Source: Candidatus Hadarchaeales archaeon (GTDB lineage Archaea; Hadarchaeota; Hadarchaeia; Hadarchaeales; Hadarchaeaceae). Taken from it: a DNA stretch of 32,000 bases. The notes below the pieces were generated by a model. That model ran no database searches. It was not told where the DNA came from and saw only the letters and a program-made list of their open reading frames with translations. Positions 1 through 8,470 of the stretch are shown here, one piece after another. Each line of letters opens with the position of its first letter. Position 1 is the stretch's first letter. The translations under genes were made by a program, and so were the position numbers. Location of the stretch: NCBI GenBank assembly GCA_038823825.1, contig JAWBCC010000003.1:1-32000 (forward strand), written 5' to 3'.

Positions 1-2
1 TT

Positions 3-3000
3 TCCGAGAACAGGTGGGAAAATGTTTCGAGTTTTCCCGCAACAGTAACAAACGCGAACGATAGACTTGCTTTCGACGGTACGTATTTGTATATGATTAG
101 AGGAGCGACCGATAGCAGTTTCTGGAGATATTCAGTCAAAACGATTCCGGCTTATTCCCTTAAATGGCAGCAAACAATTCCTCTGACGCTCTATGAGTCT
201 CCTGAACAGACATACGCCCAGCCGTACTCTCTTTCTCTTCTCGCAGGTGGGGTAACAAGTCTTGACAATATAAAATTCGCAGATGATAAACCCGCCAGCT
301 TCTCTCAAAGAAGATACATCTATGTTTATGAAAACAAAGGTAGAGGAACGGAAAATACAACGAGTACGAGTTTTGTTGATCTCGAGAATGCCAGAGTAAG
401 TGTTTCTGTCACCGATAATTCATACCTCATCATAAACTTCCACGCCGCTCACAATAGCTCAATGGCCGGCGACAAGGTTGAATTCAGGATAATGGTCGGA
501 ACCTACGTGGTTGCCTACGGTCACGGCGAGATGGGGGTTGCATCTCAGGATACAACGATATCGTTGACTAGGGCCTGGCGCGTGCCCCCCGGAAACTACA
601 CTGTCAGGGCACAATGGAGACGGGCTTCCGGGAGTGGAACACTCTGGTGTTGGGAGAGAAACATAACCGTCTGGGTAGTTCCGGAGAATGCTTTCCGAGT
701 ATTCTCAAACAGAGAGTGGTCAACAGTTTATGCCTCGGACTCGTTCTCTGATCTCTCCGGAATGGTCGCTCAGATTTCTGTATCTGAGGATTCTTACCTC
801 TTTATGAATTTCCATGCATCCTTCGACCATGCAGGAGCAGGAGGGAAAGTTGAGTTCAAACTGATGGTGGACGAAGAAAATGTCGCTTACGCATACGGAA
901 TGACCGCAACGGCTGGTCAAGATCTAATGGTCTCCTTAACCAGAGCTTACCAAGTCTCTCGGGGGACACACACAGTAAAAGTACAATGGAGGAGGGCAAG
1001 CGGTACCGGTACTGTGGCTTGTTGGGAGAGGAGTCTGAATGTTGTTGTCATTCCGGTTCGTGCATTGAGTGTATGGAGTAACAGAAATACCGAGACAAGT
1101 TCGACCTCCGGTTCAACCTGGGTTTCTCTTCCCGGAGCTTCTCTTTCATTCTCGACTCCAAGGGAATCAACTTTAGCCGTACAGTTCCACGCAAGCTTTA
1201 ACGTAAACGCTTCCGGGAACAAGCCAGAGTTCAGAATAATACTTGATGGTGACGAGAGCAACCCGTTGGCGATCGGATATGGATATATGGCTACGACCAG
1301 TCAGGATACCACTATCAGGCTTGTCGCAATGTCACGCGTGAGCGCAGGTGCTCACACGATTGCGGTTCAGTGGAGAGTTGCTTCGGGAACTGGAACCGCC
1401 TATTGTTGGGAGAAAAGCATAAACGCTGTGGCTCTTGAGAATCTCTTCGATTTTGAATTGCTTGGAGAAATCTCCAACATCCCGTTAGCCGACCGTTACA
1501 CGCTAGAAATGAAGTACAGGCTCTCAAGCGATTCCGACGGTTTTGTCGTATATGTGAAAAGCCCGCAGCCTCTTGTGACAGATAACACGGTTGCTCTTTG
1601 GCGCTTCGATGAGGGGAGTGGAGTTCAAGTCTTAGAGAGTAGCGGAAATGGACAGACGGGTTTGATATACGGTGTGAATGTTGGTGTACTCTGGTCAAGT
1701 GATTCCGTATTCGGGTACAGCTTAAACTTTACCGGCTTGGGAGGTTATGTCTTGGTTCCACACTCTTCCATCCTTGCTCCACCAGCGGGTTTCTCTCAAC
1801 TAACGGTTTCAGCTTGGATAAAAGTGCGCGAAGTGAGCGGTCATCATACAATCGTCACTAAACGCAGTTATGTCTGGGAGCCGACGAATGGATGGCAAAT
1901 GTATGTCGAGCCAGCTACGGATCCTGGTAAAGCAAAATTCTGCGTGATACTGAAATCAACTGGAGAAGGCTATTATGGTGTGGCGATTGACAATGCTGTG
2001 AATTTAAATGAATGGACTCATGTAGCATTTACTTACGATAATAACGGAGTCATCCGAGTTTATATCAATGGAGTTGACAGGACGTCAGAAGATTCATGGA
2101 ATTCGAGAGGAGGCGCTGGCAATGTTTTGAGCGCTCCAGACAATCTCTTCATCGGTTGTATAAACGGAACTTCCGAGTGGTTCATTGGATGGATAGATGA
2201 GGTGCGTATAGAGAACCGCGTTCTCACATCAGAAGAAATGGCTATCGAAGCTAGTCTAGAGCGGTTGTGGAGAAAAGTTGGAGAGCTCAGGGGCACTGAC
2301 TGGCAAAGCTTTACAAGGGTAGTCCCAGCAAATTCAGTTGAGAACGGAAGGATTTTGTTCAGGATAGTGGATATAGATCCGTTTTCCAAATCGCAGTCTG
2401 TTGACTTAGATATTGACTACATAAGAGTCTCCGGGTACCGCCTCTGGGAAAATCTAAAATTGAGAATTTATGGTTGTTCAATGAATGACGCCGAAAAAGT
2501 TTTCGTATACGTGTGGAATGGCAGAGAATGGGAAATCATTGGAACACTTCCGCAAGGCTCTCCCGGTTGGCTAACAGCCAATATTCCTTACCTGTATGCG
2601 GTCGGAACATCAGACCTCAAGATTCTCTACAAGTCCGAGGATGACAACGATGAAACGATGACAAAGGTTTGCTTAGACTATGTGGGCATAGGTGAAGGAA
2701 GTTCTTATTCGACTTCTGTCGAAGCATACATTCTGCTCAGTCTGGACGGCGAAAATTGGCAGGAATACGGCCCGTTCACAACTTTCCCTGTCGATCTTTC
2801 CTCTCTTCCACCGGCGAGATTTGTCAGATATCGGCTCAAACTTTTCTCGGATAGAGAAAATATGACGCCCATCGTGAGGAATGTGGAAATAAAAGTTGCT
2901 GCCTATACTGCCGACGAGAACATAGCGTGGGGAGGAATATTCTTCAATTCCTTCAGTGAAGATTATCTCTCACCCAACGGGATCGTCCTGCGGAAATCTG

Positions 3001-6000
3001 ATGGATCAAGAGCGAATGCGGTTCTTGCGACTGAGAACATAACAATCAGGATTAGAGCCTTCAGAGGGGATCTTACAGCTGTGAAGCTCCACGTGATAAC
3101 AGACTCGGGTGAAAACGTTTGGGAAATGAGTAGAACTCCTTCTGGTGCTTATGATTTCTGGACTAAAACCTTCCAGATGCGAGCAAACGAGAACTGGTCA
3201 TACTTCTTTGAGATCCGGGATGGGGACACCGTTGGATATTATGCCGATGACTCACTGAAGGATGGTGGTTCGGGGAGGAAATACGATTCTGAACAGGAAG
3301 CGAGATCGAATGCTTTCAGAATTCACGCACAGGCGCTTCCAACAGATCCGCAGGGAATGGTTATATACGAAGTGATGGTTGACAGGTTTTACGACGGCGA
3401 TCCTTCGAATAATAATCCATCCCAAAGCCCAGGACTTTACGATCCAAGGAGAGAAAATGGTAACTGGAAGTACTACTGGGGAGGAGATCTAAAAGGACTT
3501 ATCCAGAAACTTGACTATATCGCCGGAATGGGAGTTTCGGCAATCTGGATAACTCCGATTGTGAACAATATAGATAGAGCGAGCGAATATGACAACAGCA
3601 CCGGTTATCATGGCTACTGGGCAAAGGACTTCAAACAAATAGAGGAGCACTTTGGGACTTGGCAGGACGTTTATGATCTCGTCTCTGAGGCGAGAAAGAG
3701 GAACATCAGAATCATAATGGATTGGGCGCCAAATCACACGAGTCCGGCTTACTGGGGAGAGAATGGAGCTCTTTACGATAATGGAGTCTTCTGGACGGAT
3801 TATAGGAGAGAGTGGTTCACAGACGCTTTCTGGGCAAGGGAAAATTCAACTGTCAGCACAACCAGCACAACTTTTGTAGATCTTTCCGGCATGGCTTTGG
3901 ATGTTTTTATACATGAGAACTCGTATCTTCTTATAAACTTCCACGCCGCCCATAACATCAACACATGGGGAAAGGCAGAATTTCTCTTGCTCGTTGGAGA
4001 TACGGAGGTGGCAAAGGGTTACAGTCATATGGGACTGGGTGATGGGCAAGACACAACAGTTTCTCTCACACGAGCCTATTTCGTAACGCCCGGCAAATAC
4101 ACAGTTAAAGCGCAGTGGAGACTGGCGGAAGGCACAGGTACCGTCTACTGTTGGGAGAGAAGTCTTTCGGTTATGGTCGTGCCAGCATATTGGATAGTAA
4201 GAGACAATAGGGCGACGGACTGGGTCACAACAACCTCTACCTCCTTTGTTGATATACCCAACATGGCGTCGACAGTAACCGTCACAGAAAATTCATATCT
4301 GCTCGTAAATTTCCACATCTCACACAATGTTGATCACTCGAGTGGCGACGGAAAGGCGGAATTTCAGATCCAAGTTGGGACTGAAAACATTGCGATGGGT
4401 TACAGCAATTCGCCCTGGAAGCAGGACTTAACTCTATCTTTGACGGCTATTCGATTTGTAACGCCAGGAACGTACACGGTTAAAGCTAGGTGGAGATCAG
4501 TAAACGGGTATACCCTTGGTGCTTGGGAGAGAAGCCTCAACGTCGTTGCTATTCCCACTAGAGCTCTTAAAGTCGAGAATATAAGAAGCACAACTCTGAC
4601 ATCTACCACTAGCTCAACTTGGACGTCGCTCCCCAATGCATCCCTTTCCATATCTGTGCCTGAGAATGTAGTCTTAGCAATCAACTTCCACGCCGGATTT
4701 AACAACAATACTTCAGGAGCCAAGCCGCAGTTCATGCTCCGGGTCGATGGAAATCCTGTCGGTGTGGGATACAGCCGGATGGCTATGGCTAGCCAGGACA
4801 CCACTTTCAGGTTAGTCGCAGCAATCCCTGTTTCCGCCGGAAGTCATACGATCGACGTTCAGTGGCGTATTGAAAATGGTATAGGAATCGCATATTGTTG
4901 GGAAAGAAGTTTGAACGTTGTTGCCGTCACGAGAAACTTTAACGAGTTCACATGGAGCTGGGAGAATATCTTCAGACACAATGGAGATATAGACATGCAA
5001 GCCCAGGACGACAGGTGGAACATCCGTTACAGAAATCTGTTACAACTCGCGGATCTTAACCAGCTTAACCCGAGAGTGGACAACTATTTGAAAGAAGCCC
5101 TTAAGCTCTTCCTCGACGCCGGAATCGGGGGTCTAAGGATTGATGCGGCAAAGCATATGGATCCTGGATGGCTAAAGACTCTAGCGGACTTTGTCTATTC
5201 GGGCTGGGAGAACATATATATTATGCATGAATCGGTCGTCGAATTCTGGGATGAAACATATTGGGATGTTTGTCAATTCGATAACAACTACGGCATGCAC
5301 ATGATAAACACAGCATTGGCGTTCATAATCCGAGACGTTTTCGGCTGGAAATCTAGAAACATGTATGAGCTAGAATACTATGTCAACAAGCAATTCTCTT
5401 TCCCAGCCTCGGATATCCTTTGGAATCAAAAGGTCGTCAACGCTGTCGCCTGCCACGACTGGAGTAGATTCCGCTCGATGAACAAAAGCATGAGGGATTC
5501 AGAACTTGCGATAGGTTTTGTTCTCACTCTTCCTGGAATTCCGCTGGTATACTACGGCGAGGAGCAGTATATGTACAACGACAACATCAATCCGAATAAC
5601 GAGATAGGGGGAGACCCATATAACCGCGGAATGATGGTGGCATTCGACAACACTACCACGTACTATCGGCTGGTTAGAAAGCTCGCTGATCTTCGCAAAC
5701 TTAATCCGGCCTTAAGGTATGGAATAATTTCGACGAAATATGTGAGCGAAAATGTTTATGTTTTCCAACGAAAGTTCTTCAACGACGTAGTACTGGTTGC
5801 AATTAACCTTGGAGGAACAGACGTAAACCTCACGAACATCAGCGTAGAAATGCCAGACGACACGTATTCCGATTACTTAGGAGGTATTCTGGGCAACGGA
5901 AGAACGATAACCGTGCAGGGGGGCGTCATCTCATCTCTCACTTTGCCAGCAAGCTCGATGGGCGTCTGGTATTGCTTAACCGAAAACAACGAACCATGGC

Positions 6001-7178
6001 TTGGAGCGATAGATCCCGTTATGGGAAGGGCTGGAAACAAAGTAAGGGTGAGCGGTAAAGGTTTCGGCAAAACGCAGGGGCAGGTGATATTTGACAACGG
6101 AACTCAGAGATGGTATGCAACGATTATCGAATGGGCAGACGATCATGTTTACTTCCAAGTTCCGTCAGGCGTGGTTGTTCCCATTAACAAGCAGCATGTT
6201 GAAGTTTTCGTCAAGAGGGCCGACGGAAAGGAGAGCAATCGGATTCTATTCCAGTACTTAAAAGATAAGCTGGTCCTTGTTGTTCACAGGCTCGATAACA
6301 CGAAGGGCACAGAGCTGGAAACAACGATGGGCGAATTCCTCTTCATTACCGGTAGCGTGGCTGAGTACTCCAACTGGAGCGACAGGAGCGAGAATGCGGT
6401 TGGTCCGATGCTTTGTCCATATTGGGATAATTGGTTTGTTGTGACCGCAGTCCCGCGATCTACGTACATTGAGTTCAAGTTCATAAAGGCCAGACTCGGT
6501 GAAAGTGGAAGTTGGGAGAGCGGAAGCAACCACACATTTACGAGTCCTGAGAATGGCGTGCTATACAGACGCTCGCGGCCCGGTGGAGGGGCTAGTGGAT
6601 TCTCATTACCTCCAGGTAAGGAGTCCGGGGTGCAGAGCTTTACCCTGACCTCATCCGAGAATGTCAAGACTGAAAACGAAAACGTACCACCACTCTCACA
6701 GACCCAACCCTCAGAAAACGAAGTCACAGAAAACGAAGCTACATCATCCCCCGCGATATCGATAAGCAGCTCTGACTCTGGAGTTCTATCGTGGTTCATT
6801 CCAGAGAATGTGGAAGTTGCACGATACGAGGTAATGATTGACGATGATCCATCTTTCTCATCTCCAATAATCATTTCCGTTGTTGGTAACTCGCTTGACG
6901 TTCTAGCTCTTGGACTAGAAGGAGGACAGTACTTCTGGAGAGTTAGGGCGATTCTATCCGACGGCACAGAAATTTTGAGTGAAGTCGGAATGTTTGAGAT
7001 AAAAGCTTCTACCAAGACATCGCAGAAGCCGCTCTGGATACTACCGACCGGAATCGTGTTTGCGGCTCTGATTTCAGTGTTCATGCTCAAAGTTTTCATG
7101 AGAAAAAGAAATGGACGCTTTTTGCGTTACAGGCTCCATTCGATCCGCAAAAGTTTTGATGAAAAAATAAAAGCTTGA
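3..7178 (+). CDS. Giant membrane-anchored multidomain GH13 protein. It has a complete CGTase-like A-B-C-D(IPT)-E(CBM20) core, a LamG-like module and six copies of an unassigned ~124-aa module. Probably 5'-truncated by the window edge.
   Basis: One uninterrupted ORF. The frame is open from nt 3, with no stop before the TTG at 87, and the upstream residues ..DRLAFDGTY read as protein. GH13 regions: I IIMDWAPNHTS (3711-3743), II GGLRIDAAKH (~5127-5159), III YIMHES (~5217-5237), IV AVACHDWSRF (~5442-5471). Other matches: YWGGDLKGL..GVSAIWITP; IPT-like PWLGAIDPVMGRAGNKVRVSGKGFG; CBM20-like GSVAEYSNW..IEFKFIK..WESGSNHTFTSP. The C-terminus has a hydrophobic helix followed by a basic tail. Confidence 0.9.
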   Translation, partial: SENRWENVSSFPATVTNANDRLAFDGTYLYMIRGATDSSFWRYSVKTIPAYSLKWQQTIPLTLYESPEQTYAQPYSLSLLAGGVTSLDNIKFADDKPASFSQRRYIYVYENKGRGTENTTSTSFVDLENARVSVSVTDNSYLIINFHAAHNSSMAGDKVEFRIMVGTYVVAYGHGEMGVASQDTTISLTRAWRVPPGNYTVRAQWRRASGSGTLWCWERNITVWVVPENAFRVFSNREWSTVYASDSFSDLSGMVAQISVSEDSYLFMNFHASFDHAGAGGKVEFKLMVDEENVAYAYGMTATAGQDLMVSLTRAYQVSRGTHTVKVQWRRASGTGTVACWERSLNVVVIPVRALSVWSNRNTETSSTSGSTWVSLPGASLSFSTPRESTLAVQFHASFNVNASGNKPEFRIILDGDESNPLAIGYGYMATTSQDTTIRLVAMSRVSAGAHTIAVQWRVASGTGTAYCWEKSINAVALENLFDFELLGEISNIPLADRYTLEMKYRLSSDSDGFVVYVKSPQPLVTDNTVALWRFDEGSGVQVLESSGNGQTGLIYGVNVGVLWSSDSVFGYSLNFTGLGGYVLVPHSSILAPPAGFSQLTVSAWIKVREVSGHHTIVTKRSYVWEPTNGWQMYVEPATDPGKAKFCVILKSTGEGYYGVAIDNAVNLNEWTHVAFTYDNNGVIRVYINGVDRTSEDSWNSRGGAGNVLSAPDNLFIGCINGTSEWFIGWIDEVRIENRVLTSEEMAIEASLERLWRKVGELRGTDWQSFTRVVPANSVENGRILFRIVDIDPFSKSQSVDLDIDYIRVSGYRLWENLKLRIYGCSMNDAEKVFVYVWNGREWEIIGTLPQGSPGWLTANIPYLYAVGTSDLKILYKSEDDNDETMTKVCLDYVGIGEGSSYSTSVEAYILLSLDGENWQEYGPFTTFPVDLSSLPPARFVRYRLKLFSDRENMTPIVRNVEIKVAAYTADENIAWGGIFFNSFSEDYLSPNGIVLRKSDGSRANAVLATENITIRIRAFRGDLTAVKLHVITDSGENVWEMSRTPSGAYDFWTKTFQMRANENWSYFFEIRDGDTVGYYADDSLKDGGSGRKYDSEQEARSNAFRIHAQALPTDPQGMVIYEVMVDRFYDGDPSNNNPSQSPGLYDPRRENGNWKYYWGGDLKGLIQKLDYIAGMGVSAIWITPIVNNIDRASEYDNSTGYHGYWAKDFKQIEEHFGTWQDVYDLVSEARKRNIRIIMDWAPNHTSPAYWGENGALYDNGVFWTDYRREWFTDAFWARENSTVSTTSTTFVDLSGMALDVFIHENSYLLINFHAAHNINTWGKAEFLLLVGDTEVAKGYSHMGLGDGQDTTVSLTRAYFVTPGKYTVKAQWRLAEGTGTVYCWERSLSVMVVPAYWIVRDNRATDWVTTTSTSFVDIPNMASTVTVTENSYLLVNFHISHNVDHSSGDGKAEFQIQVGTENIAMGYSNSPWKQDLTLSLTAIRFVTPGTYTVKARWRSVNGYTLGAWERSLNVVAIPTRALKVENIRSTTLTSTTSSTWTSLPNASLSISVPENVVLAINFHAGFNNNTSGAKPQFMLRVDGNPVGVGYSRMAMASQDTTFRLVAAIPVSAGSHTIDVQWRIENGIGIAYCWERSLNVVAVTRNFNEFTWSWENIFRHNGDIDMQAQDDRWNIRYRNLLQLADLNQLNPRVDNYLKEALKLFLDAGIGGLRIDAAKHMDPGWLKTLADFVYSGWENIYIMHESVVEFWDETYWDVCQFDNNYGMHMINTALAFIIRDVFGWKSRNMYELEYYVNKQFSFPASDILWNQKVVNAVACHDWSRFRSMNKSMRDSELAIGFVLTLPGIPLVYYGEEQYMYNDNINPNNEIGGDPYNRGMMVAFDNTTTYYRLVRKLADLRKLNPALRYGIISTKYVSENVYVFQRKFFNDVVLVAINLGGTDVNLTNISVEMPDDTYSDYLGGILGNGRTITVQGGVISSLTLPASSMGVWYCLTENNEPWLGAIDPVMGRAGNKVRVSGKGFGKTQGQVIFDNGTQRWYATIIEWADDHVYFQVPSGVVVPINKQHVEVFVKRADGKESNRILFQYLKDKLVLVVHRLDNTKGTELETTMGEFLFITGSVAEYSNWSDRSENAVGPMLCPYWDNWFVVTAVPRSTYIEFKFIKARLGESGSWESGSNHTFTSPENGVLYRRSRPGGGASGFSLPPGKESGVQSFTLTSSENVKTENENVPPLSQTQPSENEVTENEATSSPAISISSSDSGVLSWFIPENVEVARYEVMIDDDPSFSSPIIISVVGNSLDVLALGLEGGQYFWRVRAILSDGTEILSEVGMFEIKASTKTSQKPLWILPTGIVFAALISVFMLKVFMRKRNGRFLRYRLHSIRKSFDEKIKA
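357..1436 (+). repeat. Protein-level repeat block 1: three tandem copies (~124 aa each) of an unassigned beta-rich module
   Basis: Copies are anchored at aa 96, 220 and 345 ([FW]VDL/SLP). Each contains SYLxINFHA, K.EF, QD.T..L(T/V), G.(Y/H)T(V/I)..QWR and G(T/S)GT..CWE(R/K)S. Confidence 0.8.
1581..2240 (+). other. LamG / concanavalin-like lectin module (Laminin_G_3-like) within the giant protein
   Basis: DNTVALWRFDEGSG..GYSLNFTG..GYVLVP..FSQLTVSAWIK..EWTHVAFTYD..IRVYINGV..LFIGC..WIDEVRIENRVLTSEEM matches the pattern typical of LamG_3 domains. Confidence 0.6.
3351..5975 (+). other. GH13 catalytic domain (A/B/C) of CGTase type, interrupted by repeat block 2
   Basis: Collinear by eye with Bacillus circulans 251 CGTase from VIYEVMVDRFYDGD through region IV and domain C. 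About 370 extra residues lie between the equivalents of CGTase residues ~169 and ~174. Confidence 0.8.
3858..4928 (+). repeat. Protein-level repeat block 2: three further copies of the same ~124-aa module, collinear with block 1 (1~4, 2~5, 3~6)
   Basis: Anchors are at aa 1263, 1387 and 1512, with the same period as block 1. Copy-specific signatures are shared pairwise with block 1. Confidence 0.8.
5994..6566 (+). other. IPT/TIG-like domain followed by CBM20-type starch-binding domain (CGTase domains D and E)
   Basis: By-eye alignment to CGTase domains D/E. The tail motif IEFKF.K....W(E)(S/G)GSNHTFT(S/A)P is conserved. Confidence 0.75.
7029..7100 (+). other. C-terminal transmembrane anchor of the giant protein
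   Basis: PLWILPTGIVFAALISVFMLKVF is followed by MRKRNGRFLRYRLHSIRK. There is no PGF-CTERM-type PGF motif. Confidence 0.6.
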
Positions 7179-7234
7179 AAACTGGGAGATCCGAAATTAA
7201 AAGTCTTTTAAGAACAAATTTCAAATCAAAATGC

Positions 7235-7242
7235 TTAAATAT
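7235..7242 (+). promoter_or_regulatory. TATA-like box TTAAATAT upstream of the histone gene
   Basis: Lies in an AT-rich intergenic region. GGAGG at 7280-7284 sits 10 nt before ATG 7295, so this gene appears to have a leader. Confidence 0.4.
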
Positions 7243-7294
7243 CGTAGAAACCAAATAAAACAACTGAAAGATGGAGAAAGGAGGGATTTATTGG

Positions 7295-7498
7295 ATGGAA
7301 CTTCCGCTTGCGACGCTTGAGCGTCTAATTAAGAAGGCAGGAGCGAAAAGAGTGAGCGAGAGCGCAGCCATAGCACTTGGCGAAATCTTGGAAGAAAAAG
7401 CGATGGAGATCTCCAGAGAAGCAATAAAACTGGCGGAGCACGCTGGCCGAAGAACTGTTAGGGATATCGACATAAGACTGGCTGCGAAAAGGTCTTAA
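7295..7498 (+). CDS. Archaeal histone (HMf family), 67 aa
   Basis: MELPLATLERLIKKAGAKRVSESAAIALGEILEEKAMEISREAIKLAEHAGRRTVRDIDIRLAAKR closely parallels HMfB. A Shine-Dalgarno GGAGG precedes ATG 7295, which is preferred over the ORF-track start at 7271. Confidence 0.9.
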   Translation: MELPLATLERLIKKAGAKRVSESAAIALGEILEEKAMEISREAIKLAEHAGRRTVRDIDIRLAAKRS

Positions 7499-7502
7499 AT
7501 AT
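7495..7502 (+). promoter_or_regulatory. TATA-like box TTAAATAT overlapping the histone stop codon, upstream of the aminopeptidase gene
   Basis: Same octamer as at 7235 and 14436. The box centre plus ~26 nt falls at about 7525, next to GTG 7526. Confidence 0.35.
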
Positions 7503-7516
7503 CCCCTTCTCCCCTT

Positions 7517-8467
7517 TTGTCTGGTGTGGTTTTGCGTTTGAAAGGGGCGGAGATAGCGATAAAGACGTGTTTGGGGGTCAGGAAGGGCGAAAAGGTTCTC
7601 GTTGTTGCGGATCCGCCGAAGCTCGAAATAGCTCTAGCTCTTTTTGAGGAGGCGCTGAAGGTCGGAGCTCAAGCGAACATCATGCTCATGAAGACTTTGA
7701 CGAGACATGGTGAGGAGCCTCCAGAGATGGTCGCTAGAGCGATGCGGATGGCCGACGTCGTCATCGCACCGACCACCTATTCGATTACGCACACGCAGGC
7801 GAGGTTACAGGCCACTCTTGCAGGAGTGAGGATCGCAACAATGCCAGGGATAACAGAAGATATGATGAGAAGGGGGGCAATGCTGGCAGACTACCTAGAA
7901 GTAGAGAAAAAAACCAAGAAGGTTGCTGGGATTTTGAACAAGGGGTCGAGAGTTAGGATTACCTCAAAAGCTGGAACAGATCTAACTTTCGATATATCTG
8001 GGAGGAAGGCGAAAGCAGACACAGGTATTATCCGGAAACGCGGAGACTTTGGAAATCTGCCAGCTGGAGAAGCATTTATAGCTCCGGTTGAAGGTAGTGG
8101 ACAAGGGAAGGCGGTTATAGATGGTTTGATCTCGTCCTGCGGGCGGAGACGGACGGTTATCACGTTTGTTAACGGAATTGCTGTCAAGATAGAAGGAAAC
8201 GACAAACTTTTCAAGATTGTTTCCAAAGTTGGAAAAAATGCTCGAAATCTCGCCGAATTCGGCATCGGAACGAACAAGATGGCTAGATTTTCCGGGAGCG
8301 TGCTGGAGGAAGAGAAGATTGTTGGAACATGTCACATAGCCCTCGGAGATAATTCGACTTTTGGAGGAAATGTCAGAGCAGGCGTTCATATCGATTGTGT
8401 AATGCTTAAACCGACCGTCGAGGTTGACGGAAGAGTAATTCTCCAGGACGGTCGTCTGCTGGTGTAG
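7517..8467 (+). CDS. M29-family (AmpS / aminopeptidase T-like) aminopeptidase
   Basis: Matches GEKVLVV, NLPAGEAFIAP, GTCHIALGDN and HIDCV, which are typical of thermophilic metalloprotease M29. The start is uncertain (TTG 7517, GTG 7526 or TTG 7532). Confidence 0.6.
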   Translation: MSGVVLRLKGAEIAIKTCLGVRKGEKVLVVADPPKLEIALALFEEALKVGAQANIMLMKTLTRHGEEPPEMVARAMRMADVVIAPTTYSITHTQARLQATLAGVRIATMPGITEDMMRRGAMLADYLEVEKKTKKVAGILNKGSRVRITSKAGTDLTFDISGRKAKADTGIIRKRGDFGNLPAGEAFIAPVEGSGQGKAVIDGLISSCGRRRTVITFVNGIAVKIEGNDKLFKIVSKVGKNARNLAEFGIGTNKMARFSGSVLEEEKIVGTCHIALGDNSTFGGNVRAGVHIDCVMLKPTVEVDGRVILQDGRLLV

Positions 8468-8470
8468 GTC

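Noticed and set aside
6640-6740. Short GAAAACGAA-type repeats encoding ENV/ENE (SSENVKTENENVPPLSQTQPSENEVTENEATSS)
   Set aside because: This is a low-complexity acidic/polar linker between CBM20 and the FN3-like domain of the giant protein. It is not a DNA tandem repeat or a CRISPR-like array.
6284-7099. 271-aa ORF on the minus strand, antisense to the 3' part of the giant gene
   Set aside because: It lies entirely within a strongly supported coding region (CBM20, linker, FN3-like domain, TM anchor) on the other strand. Its translation is low-complexity and Ser/Pro-rich with no recognisable motif. This is typical of an antisense shadow ORF.
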